Source: Rebecca billardiae RCC1528
Lineage: Eukaryota > Protista > Haptophyta
Assembly (NCBI GenBank): GCA_965240325.2
Contig: OZ251223.1
Coordinates: 1,860,001 to 1,924,000, forward strand
Direction of reading: 5' to 3'
Length of the DNA stretch: 64,000 nt
The translations under genes and the position numbers were made by a program. This document shows positions 1 to 10,121 of this stretch, piece after piece. Below the pieces are notes generated by a model. The model saw nothing but the letters and a program-made list of their open reading frames with translations, did not search any database and had not been told where the DNA came from. Numbering within the stretch: position 1 is the first letter of the stretch; the number at the start of each line of letters is the position of its first letter.

Positions 1-1928
1 GCGAGACGCAGCCGCTCGAGCTGCACCGAGAGGACGAGCGAGGAGGGCTGCAGCGCGGCGGGCACGGGCTCGCCGAGGCCGCTCGCGACGGCGTCCGAGG
101 CGGGCGCGATGCTCAGCGCGGCGATCGTGTCCAGCCCCGTCACGTTGAGCGTGGTGATGTCCACGGACACGTTGGCCACGTGCAGCAGCGGCAGCGCGAG
201 GCCGAGCAGCGGCGGCAGCTGCGCGGGGATCACCTCGACGCCGCCATCCGCGCGGCCGCTCAGCTCGCGCGCGGCGTGGTTGAGCGCGGTCAGCGCCGCG
301 CTCCCGGCGCCGAGGCGCTCGTTCAGCGCCGCCGACGCGCGCGCGACCACGGGCACCGCCTCCCATCGCAGCGCGTCCGCTGGCGACGGCGGTGGCGGAG
401 GCGGCGGCGGCACCGCAGCTCGCACGTCGCACTCCACGCGCCCGCCCGCCGCCACGCCGTCGAGCAGCTCGCCGAGCAGCGGCCCCACGTTGCTGCTGAG
501 CAGCGAGATGATGGCGCTCGAGAGCCCGGCGGCGAGCACCCCTTCGCCGGGGGCGAGGACCACGCCGAGCATGTTGTTCATCAGCTCGATGAACGACGCC
601 ATCAGCTCGTCCGCCCCGCCAGAGATGCGGACCTCGAGCCCGCTGAGCGGCGCCATGCTCGCGTTGAGGAAGCCCAGGCTGCCCGCGTCGACCGAGCGCA
701 GCGCGCACGCCGCGAGGCGCGAGAGCGCGTCGTTGTCGAGCAGCTGGTCGCCCGCCAGCCGCTCGATCACCTCGGGCAGCACGGGGAGGTTTAGATCGAA
801 CGCGAGGTTGATCTCGCTCAGCTCGACCTCGAGCGTCAGCGGCACGCACAGCCTGGCGGCCTCGCCCAGCATGCCGGACATGTCCACGTGGGTCGCGAGC
901 GAGATGCCCATGCGCAAGCCCTCGAGGCCAACCTCGAACGCGAGGCCAGCCCGAGACTCGGGCATCGGCTGCAGCACGCGCAGGTGCGAGAGGGAGTCGA
1001 TCCCGCCGAGCGACATCGACGTCACGTTGATCCTCAGCCCGAGCATGCCGAAGATGTCGGTGCCGTCGCCAGCGTCGAGATTGGCGAAGGTGATGTTGTC
1101 GAGGCCGAGCGCGCCGAGCGTCGACGGGCCGAGCGTGAGCTCCGGCGCCAAGCCCAGCACGGGGATCGCGGTGCGCACGAGCGTGGGCAGGCTGAGCCGG
1201 AGCGGGTCGTTCAGCGCGGCGTTCAACGCAGCGGCCGTGTTGGCGACGGCCGGCACGTCCACCCATGCGTACGCCGTGGGCGAGGCGGGTGGGGCGAGCG
1301 ACGCCGCGTCCGCCCCGAGGGCCTGCCCCAGCGTCGCGCTCAGGTCGCCGAACGCCAAGCCCGCGAAGAGCCCCTCCACGCCGGCGCACAGCTCCGGCCC
1401 GATGCTCCCCGTGATCTGGTCGGCAAAGTAGTTGGCGAAGAGGCTGACGAGGAAGTTGAAGGGCAGCCCCGTCAGCTGGAGGGTGTCGGTGGCCAGGTTC
1501 GCCGCGCATTGCGTCAGCGCCAAGCCCGTGGGCGGTCCACCGCCGGCGTCCTCGACGAGCTCGAGGCCGAGCGCAAACGAGGAGTCAGCAATGACCAGGT
1601 TGAGCGTGCCATCGCCCGCGAGGGAGCCGCCGTTGTCGAAGCTGAAGCCGCCGGCGCACGTGATAGTCAGCCCGGTCAAATCAACCTGAAAGCCCCGCCC
1701 ACCGTTCGTCGACTCGCTCGTCAGCTGGTCGATCCCGAGCGAGCCGCACACAAAGTTGTTCAGCCCAAAGGTGAAATCCCCGTCGCCAGAGACGGGGAGC
1801 TCGTCCAGCGTGAGCTCGAAGCTGGCGAGCGCGTCTGCGAGATCTACATTCGTCGACGGGCACGCACCGCGCACGCCGACGGGGACGCTCACCCAGAGCG
1901 CGACGGCGGCCGCGGCGAGAACGCGCAT
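1..1928 (-). CDS. Secreted/surface protein with ~300-aa internal repeats, possibly BPI/TULIP-like; 3'-partial
   Basis: Hand translation from ATG 1928 gives MRVLAAAAVALWVSVPVGVRGACPSTNVDLADALASFELTLDELPV..., open for >640 codons to the window edge (absent from the ORF track because it has no stop). It has a hydrophobic N-terminus and G/C-ending codons. Motifs recur: SPTAYAWVDVPAVANTAAALN / SPADALRWEAVPVVARASAALN and INVTSMSLGGIDSL / VDITTLNVTGLDTI. The TULIP call is inference. Confidence 0.8.
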   Translation of the reverse strand, partial: MRVLAAAAVALWVSVPVGVRGACPSTNVDLADALASFELTLDELPVSGDGDFTFGLNNFVCGSLGIDQLTSESTNGGRGFQVDLTGLTITCAGGFSFDNGGSLAGDGTLNLVIADSSFALGLELVEDAGGGPPTGLALTQCAANLATDTLQLTGLPFNFLVSLFANYFADQITGSIGPELCAGVEGLFAGLAFGDLSATLGQALGADAASLAPPASPTAYAWVDVPAVANTAAALNAALNDPLRLSLPTLVRTAIPVLGLAPELTLGPSTLGALGLDNITFANLDAGDGTDIFGMLGLRINVTSMSLGGIDSLSHLRVLQPMPESRAGLAFEVGLEGLRMGISLATHVDMSGMLGEAARLCVPLTLEVELSEINLAFDLNLPVLPEVIERLAGDQLLDNDALSRLAACALRSVDAGSLGFLNASMAPLSGLEVRISGGADELMASFIELMNNMLGVVLAPGEGVLAAGLSSAIISLLSSNVGPLLGELLDGVAAGGRVECDVRAAVPPPPPPPPSPADALRWEAVPVVARASAALNERLGAGSAALTALNHAARELSGRADGGVEVIPAQLPPLLGLALPLLHVANVSVDITTLNVTGLDTIAALSIAPASDAVASGLGEPVPAALQPSSLVLSVQLERLRL

Positions 1929-1983
1929 GGCCTTGGGCCACGAGACGACCAGTGGCCGCCCCTCGTGTTCGCGCCCTCCGCTC

Positions 1984-2199
1984 TGGTGCGATAAACACCG
2001 AAGGCTGGTGGCAGCTTACTAATCAGAAGATGGCTCAAACAACCAGAGGTCACACACACCATGCATCGTGCCCGGACCGTGCGCGGTCCGGCAGTGCGCA
2101 GACTCACAGTGGACCGGATGTTCTTCCGGGTGAGGCGGCACTCGCCGCCGCAAGGAAAAGCGCATCAGCAGGCGGCTCCGAGTCGCAGCTGCATCGCGT
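1984..2199 (+). repeat. Terminal repeat A1 (216 bp)
   Basis: Identical by eye to 6217-6432. Confidence 0.95.
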
Positions 2200-2269
2200 T
2201 GCGTTCCCCCCCGGGGGCGCGGCGACGGCCTCGGCGAGCGTGCCCTTGGGGCCGCAGCTGGGCTCGCAC

Positions 2270-5200
2270 AGCGACATGGCCCAGTCCTCGTGGCGCGATG
2301 GCCCGCGGGGATCGGGCCTCCCCCGACCGCCGGCTCTTCGCGGGTCGGCGAGGGTTGCCAACAACCTGCAACCGAGAAGCGCTCGTTGCATTCCGCGGCG
2401 CTGCCGCAGACGGTCGGGGCGAGCGTGCCCTCGGGGCCACCGTCGGTGTCTCATGGAGACAGGGTCCAGCCCTCGTGGCTCGATGGCCCGCTGGCGCTCT
2501 GGCCTACCTCAGTCGGCCCTTCGGGAGTCTGTGAGGGTTGCCTGCAACCTGCAACCGGGAAGCTCACGCCGCATATCGCGGTGCTGCAGCGGACGGTCTG
2601 GGCGTGTGCGCCCTTGTGGCCGCCGCCGTTGTCTCATGGAGACAGGGTCCAGCCCTTGTGGCTCGATGGCCCGCTGGTGCTCTGGCCTGCCTCAGTCGGC
2701 TCTTCGTGAGTCGGTGAGGGTTGCCTGCAACCTGCAACCGGGAAGCTCACGCTGCATATCGCGGTGCTGCAGTGGACGGTCTGGGCGTGTGCGCCCTCGT
2801 GGCCGCCGCCGTTGTCTCATGGAGACAGGGTCCAGCCCTCGTGGCTCGATGGCCCGCTGGTGCTCTGGCCTACCTCAGTCGGTCCTTCGGGAGTCGGTGA
2901 GGGTCGCCTGCACCTGCAACCGGGAAGCTCACGCAGCATACAGCTGTGCTGCAGCGGCCGGTTTGGGTGTGTGTGCCCTTGTGGCCGCCGCCGTTGTCTC
3001 ATGGAGACAGGGTCCAGCCCTCGTGGCTCGATGGCTCGCTGGTGCTCTGGCCTGCCTCAGTCGGCCCTTCGGGAGTCGGTGGGGGTTGCCAGCAACCTGC
3101 AACCGGGAAGCGTGCGCAGCATGTCGCTGTGCTGCAGCGGACGGTCTGGGCGTGTGTGCCCTTGTGGCCGCCGCCGTTGTCTCATGGAGACAGGGTCCAG
3201 CCCTCGTGGCTCGATGGCCCGCTGGTGCTCTGGCCTACCTCAGTCGGCCCTTCGGGAGTCGGTGAGGGTCGCCTGCACCTGCAACCGGGAAGCTCACGCC
3301 GCATACAGCGGTGCTGCAGCGGCCGGTTTGGGTGTGTGTGCCCTTGTGGCCGCTGCCGTTGTCTCATGGAGACAGGGCCCAGCCCTCGTGGCTCGATGGC
3401 TCGCTGGTGCTCTGGCCTACCTCGGTCGGCCCTTCGGGAGTCGGTGACGGTTGCCTGCAACCTGCAACCGGGAAGCTCACGCCGCATGTTGCTGTGCTGC
3501 AGCGGACGGTCTGGGCGTGTGTGCTCTCGTGGCCGCCGCCTTTGTCTCATGGAGACAGGGTCCAGCCCTCGTGGCTCGATGGCCCGCTGGTGCTCTGGCC
3601 TACCTCAGTCGGCCCTTCGGGAGTCGGTGAGGGTCGCCTGCACCTGCAACCGGGAAGCTCACGCCGCATACAGCTGTGCTGCAGCGGCCGGTTTGGGTGT
3701 GTGTGCCCTTGTGGCCGCCGCCGTTGTCTCATGGAGACAGGGCCCAGCCCTCGTGGCTCGATGGCTCGCTGGTGCTCTGGCCTACCTCGGTCGGCCCTTC
3801 GGGAGTCGGTGAGGGTTGCCTGCAGCCTGCAACCGGGAAGCTCACGCCGCATGTCGCTGTGCTGCAGCGGACGGTCTGGGCGTGTGTGCTCTCGTGGCCG
3901 CCGCCTTTGTCTCATGAAGACAGGGTCCAGCCCTTGTGGCTCGATGGCTCGCTGGTGCTCTGGCCTACCTCAGTCGACCCTTCGGGAGTCGGTGAGGGTT
4001 GCCCCCAACCTGCAACCGGGAAGCTCACGCCGCATGTCGCGGTGCTGCAGCGGGCGGTCTGGGCATGTGCGCCCTCGTGGCCGCCGCCGTTGTCTCGCGG
4101 AGACAGGGTCCAGCCCTCGTGGCTCGATGGCCGGCTGGTGCGCTGGCCTACCTCAGTCGGCCCTTCGGCAGTCGGTGAGGGTTGCCTGCAACCTGCAACC
4201 AGGAAGCTCGTCACGCGCAGCATACTGCTGCGCTGTAGCTGACTGTCTGGGCGTGTGTGCCCTCTTGGCCGCCGCCGTTCGGTCTCATGAAGACAGACAG
4301 GGTCCAGCCAGCGTGGCTCGATGGCCCGCTGATGCTCTGGCCTACCTCAGTCCCGGGCTCTTCGTGAGTCGGTGAGGGTTGCCCGCAACCGCCTGCAACC
4401 TGGAAGCTCACGCAGCATTACATTGCGGTGCTGAGGCGCTGCGGACGGTCTGGGCGTGTGTGCCCTGGTGGCCCGGCCGGCGCAGTTGTCTCACATGCTG
4501 AGACAGGGTCCGTCAGCAGGCCCGTGTGGCTCGATGGCCCGCTGATGCTCGGGCCTACCTCAGTCCCGGGCTCTTCGTAAGTCGGTGAGGGTTGCCTGCA
4601 ACCGCCTGCAACCTGGAAGCTCACGCAGCACAATGCGCAAGGCGGTGCTGAGGCGCAGACCGGTTACTGTGTGTGTGTGCCCTCGTGGCCGCCACACGGT
4701 TGTCTCTGATTATGACAAGTAACTGCTATGCGAACGGACAGGGTCCAGCCGGCGTGGCTCGATGGCCCGCAGATGCTTGGGCCTACCTCAGTCCAGGGCT
4801 CTCACGTGAGTCGGTGAGGGCGTTGCCTGCAACCGCCTGTCACAACTCCTGGAAGCTCACGCTGACACGCAGCACATTGCATTGCTGTTGCGCGGACGGT
4901 CTGGGCGTGTGCGCACTGGTGGCCACCGCCGTCATGTCTCATGGAGACAGGGCCCCAGTCATCTTGGCTTGATGGCCCGCTGGTGCTCGGGCCTCCCTCA
5001 GTCAGCTCTTCGTGAGTCGTCGGTGAGGGTTATAGCCTGCGCAACCTTTATTACCTCATATTCGACCCTTCGTGCGTCTGTGAGGGTTGCATGCCTGCGA
5101 CTTGCAGCTGAAAAGCTCGCGCAGCATCACTGCAGCATGCAGCGGTGGCTGCAGCTTACGGTCTGGGCATGAGTGTGCCCTCTTGGCAGCTGCGTTGTCT

Positions 5201-5490
5201 CATGGAGACAGGGCCCAGCCCTTGTGGCTCGATGGCCAGCTGGTGCTCGGGCCTCCCTCAGTCGGCCCTCCGGGAGTCGGTGAGGCTGGCCGAGTGCAGC
5301 CTGCAACCAGGACTGGCTCATGCTGCATACTGAAGCTGGGCTGCAGCGGGCGCGGGTCCGGTCAGTGGGCGTGCGCCCTCTGGGCAGTTATCTCCTCATG
5401 GAGATAGGTTTCAGCCCTCGTGGCTCGATGGCCAGCTGGTGCTCGGGCCTACCTCACTCGGCTCTTCGTGAGTCGGTGAGGGGTGCCTGC
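2270..5490 (+). repeat. Tandem array of ~17 units of 182-183 bp
   Basis: The anchor tcatggagacagggtccag recurs at 2451, 2634, 2817, 2999, 3182, 3364, 3547, 3729, 3912 and 4095, then in degenerate lengthened units at 4285, 4491, ~4705, 4939, 5200 and 5396. Confidence 0.95.
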
Positions 5491-5883
5491 ATCAAGGCGC
5501 GAGCAGTTCGCGTGCGCTGGACTGACTCGTGCGCACTAGCTGTGGGGCATGCCATTGCGCACACCGGCGGTCAATGGACCGACTCGCCAGCAGGGAGGCA
5601 GGACTACTCGAACGAGGGACTGCCCCCGCTGCCGCAGCCAGTGCCAGCAGTGGCACTGGCAGCGCAGATAGCACCTGATGGTGCTATCTGGCCGGTGATG
5701 GCCATCAGGCGCGCGTGCTCCACTGATGCATGCGGCACTGTGCTGCATCATACATACTATGCAGCGAGCAGGCCAGAAGTGGCCGAGCAGACCTCTGCAG
5801 TCTCCCTGTGCGCCATCTGAGGCAGCGATGGGAAGGGATGACGCCGGGTGCGGGCAACCGCAGTGGCCAGGAGGGCAATCAAT

Positions 5884-6218
5884 GGGGCTAGGGCGGCCAC
5901 ACGCCCGCACTCACACCCAGCCGACGCGGCTGCTGCCGACAGTGCAGTGCCGGTCGGCAGGATGAATGCGGGCGGAGGGGCCGTCCGTTCCTGGCAATGC
6001 CTCATCCCTCTAATCCCATGCAAGCCTCCGCTTAAGGCGGCAGGCAAGGCATAGGGTCTGCTCATCTCTATTCCATATATGCTGATCATCAGCAGCTGGA
6101 TAAGTGATATGGTTGATTGGCTGACAGCCACGTCAGCGGCGCCGTTGAGGCCCATTTGAGATGGGCAGCGCAGCTGACTCAGTCAGGGGACCTGGTTGAC
6201 CCAGATGCCTGATTAGTG
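5884..6218 (+). repeat. Repeat B1 (335 bp)
   Basis: Identical by eye to 9787-10121. Confidence 0.95.
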
Positions 6219-6432
6219 GTGCGATAAACACCGAAGGCTGGTGGCAGCTTACTAATCAGAAGATGGCTCAAACAACCAGAGGTCACACACACCATGCATC
6301 GTGCCCGGACCGTGCGCGGTCCGGCAGTGCGCAGACTCACAGTGGACCGGATGTTCTTCCGGGTGAGGCGGCACTCGCCGCCGCAAGGAAAAGCGCATCA
6401 GCAGGCGGCTCCGAGTCGCAGCTGCATCGCGT
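6217..6432 (+). repeat. Repeat A2 (216 bp)
   Basis: Copy of 1984-2199, abutting B1 with a shared TG. Confidence 0.95.
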
Positions 6433-6874
6433 CCCACCCAACCCACCCTACACAAGGAAGCTGCAGTGCAGTCATATCGTCTACTCATCATTGGACGTGT
6501 GATCCCCACCTGAGTCTGACCCTGCCTTGCGCTTCCCGCGGCCGTCGCCAGCCTTCGGCTTTGCTTCTGCTGCACATGGAGGAAGCGGCACCTCACCTTG
6601 GGGCAGCTGCCGCTCCGCTGGAACGAGTGGCACACGCCCGTGACTGGTCGTCTCGGAGCGCTGGCACAAGGGCCGTGTCGTTCACCTCGTCCAGCACCAT
6701 GTGCTCAGGGAGCAGGGCACGCGCACTGCTCACGCCCCTCCGGCGATGGCACGGATGCCCCGGCGGCGAGGGCGTCCGAGAACTGCGGGAACGGCGGCAC
6801 TTGGCCGCCGGAGATCTCTCCGAGTGCCCGGGGAGCTTCTTCGAGGCGTTGAGCGGCCCGGGCAGCGCATCAGC

Positions 6875-7568
6875 AGCGCATCAGCAGGCGGCTCCGAGTC
6901 GCAGCTGCATCGCGTTGCGTTGCCCCCCGGGGGCGCGGCGACGGCCTCGGCGAGCGTGCCCTTGGGGCCGCAGCTGGGCTCGCACAGCGACATGGCCCAG
7001 TCCTCGTGGCGCGATGGCCCGCGGGGATCGGGCCTCCCCCGACCGCCGGCTCTTCGCGGGTCGGCGAGGGTTGCCAACAACCTGCAACCGAGAAGCGCTC
7101 GTTGCATTCCGCGGCGCTGCCGCAGACGGTCGGGGCGTACGTGCCCTCGGGGCCACTGTCGGTGTCTCATGGAGACAGGGTCCAGCCCTCGTGGCTCGAT
7201 GGCCCGCTGGCGCTCTGGCCTACCTCAGTCGGCCCTTCGGGAGTCTGTGAGGGTTGCCTGCAACCTGCAACAGGGAAGCTCACGCCGCATATCGCGGTGC
7301 TGCAGCGGACGGTCTGGGCGTGTGCGCCCTTGTGGCCGCCGCCGTTGTCTCATGGAGACAGGGTCCAGCCCTTGTGGCTCGATGGCCCGCTGGTGCTCTG
7401 GCCTGCCTCAGTCGGCTCTTCGTGAGTCGGTGAGGGTTGCCTGCAACCTGCAACCGGGAAGCTCACGCCGCATATCGCGGTGCTGCAGCGGACGGTCTGG
7501 GCGTGTGCGCCCTTGTGGCCGCCGCCGTCGTCTCATGGAGACAGGGTCCAGCCCTCGTGGCTCGATGG
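6875..7568 (+). repeat. Second copy of 2159-2852, including ~3-4 units of the 183-bp repeat
   Basis: Near-identical at a constant offset of 4716 bp. Confidence 0.9.
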
Positions 7569-7899
7569 ATTCGTCGGGCGCCAGCGGCGCGTCGGCGGGG
7601 TTGGGGACGGCTGCCATCGGGGCGCTCGCTGCGCGGCGGCTGATTTCCCGCCCGCGGGCCGCGGCCCCGGCCGCACGGTGACCCTGCGCACCCCGGACAC
7701 CCGGGGTCTTTCGGTCCCGGACGGCCGTCGCACATGCGGCATGGCGGCCGGTGAGTTCGGCGTCGCAGCGGACGCACAGCGCCGGGAGGCGGTGCGCGCG
7801 CAACGCGACGTTATGCGCCGGCCGCCCGTCCACCAGGCGGCGACGTCGGTCATCCCAGGCATGGTGGTGGCCACCGCATACCAGCGGCCGACGCTCAAG

Positions 7900-9485
7900 C
7901 AGCAGCAGTGGCACTCCCAGGATCGAGGCCGCGTGCCAGATGGAGCATCCCTTCAACTCGCCTGTGCTCGGCCTGGCACTCGACATGCGCGCGGCGGCCT
8001 CGTGGATCTGTGCACCAAGAGGCACCTCGGTCCACGACGCCCGACTGGCTTGGTTCCACACCGTGAGAGGTGGCGGACAGCCTGTCTGGCTGGTCGGCTG
8101 AACTGCGTCAGCTCGGACCGGGTTCCATCCGCCGACCCGAGTGGGTCTTCGGAGCGCGGAATGGTAAGACCGTCGGCAAGCCCCATGTGGCTTTCATTTG
8201 GTCTGCGGTGTCCAGTGCGTGGGCAATTGCGCGGACAGCGGAGTCTTCCGAGCAGATGCGCAGCACGCCTGCCTCCGAGTGGCGGACCTGGATCACGCCG
8301 GGTAAGATGCAGCGGTGGAGGAGCAACTCCAATCCCAGGCTGCCGGCGCCGCTCACCCAGACGTCCTTGAAGCACTGTGGGCCCGCACCCAGCAGGAGGT
8401 GCAGGACTGATGGCCGGCGGAGATCGGCTCGTCGCCAGACGTCGATCGCCTCTTCGGCAGGCACAAGTGGCGTGCCCATGATCCGCCTCGGGGTGCCACA
8501 AGGCGGCAGGGTCAGCCTGTGCGACAACGCCAAGGCCTCCTTGCACAACTCGTGTACAACGTTGCACGAACGGCTTCGGTGCACCTTGGGCGATTTCCCG
8601 GCAGGGGCGGCTGCCCTGGTCAGCGACGTGCTGGGACAGCTGGGCCACTCTGGATGGTCTATGATGCTGGGCATCGAGGACATGGAAGCAGGGTGTCGCC
8701 GGATCCAGTGCTCTCAGCCACGATTCACGTTGCTCGCGCACTGGGACCCATTCCGCTGACGTGTGGTGTTCTTTCGTCTCCAGGGGTCAACTCTGGCCTG
8801 AAGAGCGCGGTCATCCAATTCAATCGCCTGGCTGAGTTCGTCACCAGGGTCGCAGTGCTGGCGCTTCCCATCTGTGTGGGGCACTACTTTGAGTAGGGCT
8901 TTGCTGTGTGTGAGCCCACTTTTGCGAAAGGAGGGCAGGGGCTGCTGGTGGACCTGGGCCTCCTTATGGGCTTCCAGTTCAACCAGGCCAAGTCTGGTGA
9001 AAACCTTCCTAAGGGTCATACACGACTTCTCTGCTTTTGCTCGCAGCAGCGAGCTCAGGTGCAGCGTGCACGCTGACAGGATCTCTTTGCTGGTGGATAC
9101 CATCGAAGCCATCCTTGCGGCAGGTTGCATTGCCAAACAGTCGGACATGGGCAGCCTTCTGGGCAAGCTGCAGTGGGCTTCTTACCGCTTCGGCAGGGCC
9201 GCCCTGCAGCCTCTGTTCAGCAGGGCTCTCTCTGGGAAGGATCACTTCCAGCACTAGTTGGGGGCAGTGATGGACTCTGGCCTATCTATGGCCTCTCTCC
9301 TATTCATGGCCGTCATGCTGGGGGCCCTGCGCCCCCGGGTCTTCCGCTTCCGAAAGCACAGGCTCGTCAACACGAGTGCCTTGGCAGGTCTGCTCACTGG
9401 CTACTCTGGTGTGCGCGACTTGGCCCACATCGTGCACTCGTTCTGGGCCTTGGCAGCTGCTTTGCGCTGTGAGGTCTGGTTGACT
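7900..9485 (+). pseudogene. Frameshifted DIRS/Ngaro-type reverse transcriptase / RNase H (pol) remnant
   Basis: Motifs appear in order across frames: EHPF..LDMRAA; RLGVPQGGRVSLCDNAKASLHN; GIEDMEAGCRRI..FTLLAHWDP; GVNSGLKSAVIQFNRL; HYFE* at 8882-8896 (in place of YxDD); SLLGKLQWASYRFGRAALQPL; VNTSALAGLLTGYSGVRDLAHIVHSFW..EVW (RNase H). It carries several stops and frameshifts. Confidence 0.8.
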
Positions 9486-9786
9486 ATGGGCAAGTACATG
9501 GTCGCGGCCACGCGGGTGTCGGGGACGCTGCAGCGTGCTGCAGGCCCTCGCCCTGTCACCTGGCAGCCGGCATCAACGCCAGGTGGGCAGGTGTCAGGGC
9601 AGGGCAGGGCTGGCGGCCCGCGGCGTGCCCGGCCTGGCCGGGCACGCCGTCAGCGGATAGGATCCGGCAGGACGTGAGCTCAGCTCCCTCCTGTCGGCGG
9701 CCGTCCGCAGGGCTGCTGGCAGCGGTGCTGGGCCTGTTGAGGGCTGCGGCACCGAGGTCGCCCGCCCGAGGGCGGGCGACAGGGGA

Positions 9787-10121
9787 GGGGCTAGGGCGGC
9801 CACACGCCCGCACTCACACCCAGCCGACGCGGCTGCTGCCGACAGTGCAGTGCCGGTCGGCAGGATGAATGCGGGCGGAGGGGCCGTCCGTTCCTGGCAA
9901 TGCCTCATCCCTCTAATCCCATGCAAGCCTCCGCTTAAGGCGGCAGGCAAGGCATAGGGTCTGCTCATCTCTATTCCATATATGCTGATCATCAGCAGCT
10001 GGATAAGTGATATGGTTGATTGGCTGACAGCCACGTCAGCGGCGCCGTTGAGGCCCATTTGAGATGGGCAGCGCAGCTGACTCAGTCAGGGGACCTGGTT
10101 GACCCAGATGCCTGATTAGTG
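9787..10121 (+). repeat. Terminal repeat B2 (335 bp)
   Basis: Copy of 5884-6218. Confidence 0.95.

Larger units (their letters stand above)
1984..10121 (+). mobile_element. Composite DIRS/Ngaro-like (tyrosine-recombinase class) retroelement with split direct repeats, non-autonomous/decayed
   Basis: Order is A1(1984-2199)...B1(5884-6218)A2(6217-6432)...B2(9787-10121). The internal B1/A2 junction (attagTGgtgcga) equals right end joined to left end. Only TG is shared with the flanks and there is no longer TSD. A DIRS-type RT/RNase H remnant lies inside. No tyrosine recombinase ORF was recognised. Confidence 0.75.

Noticed and set aside
109-1994. Plus-strand ORFs 109..1431 and 888..1994
   Set aside because: They are antisense shadows of the minus-strand gene, which has the signal peptide and typical codon usage.
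1984-2000. TGGTGCG as a tRNA primer-binding site of an LTR element
   Set aside because: It is not preceded by a TG..CA LTR, there is no 4-6-bp TSD, and the RT motifs are DIRS-like.
1952-4375. Long repetitive ORFs in the 183-bp array
   Set aside because: The 182-bp units shift frame repeatedly and no frame is preserved.
6208-6255. Hammerhead ribozyme at the B/A junction (ctgatta..gaag)
   Set aside because: The core deviates (CUGAUUA, GAAG) and no stem I forms. The 9-bp closing stem explains it better.
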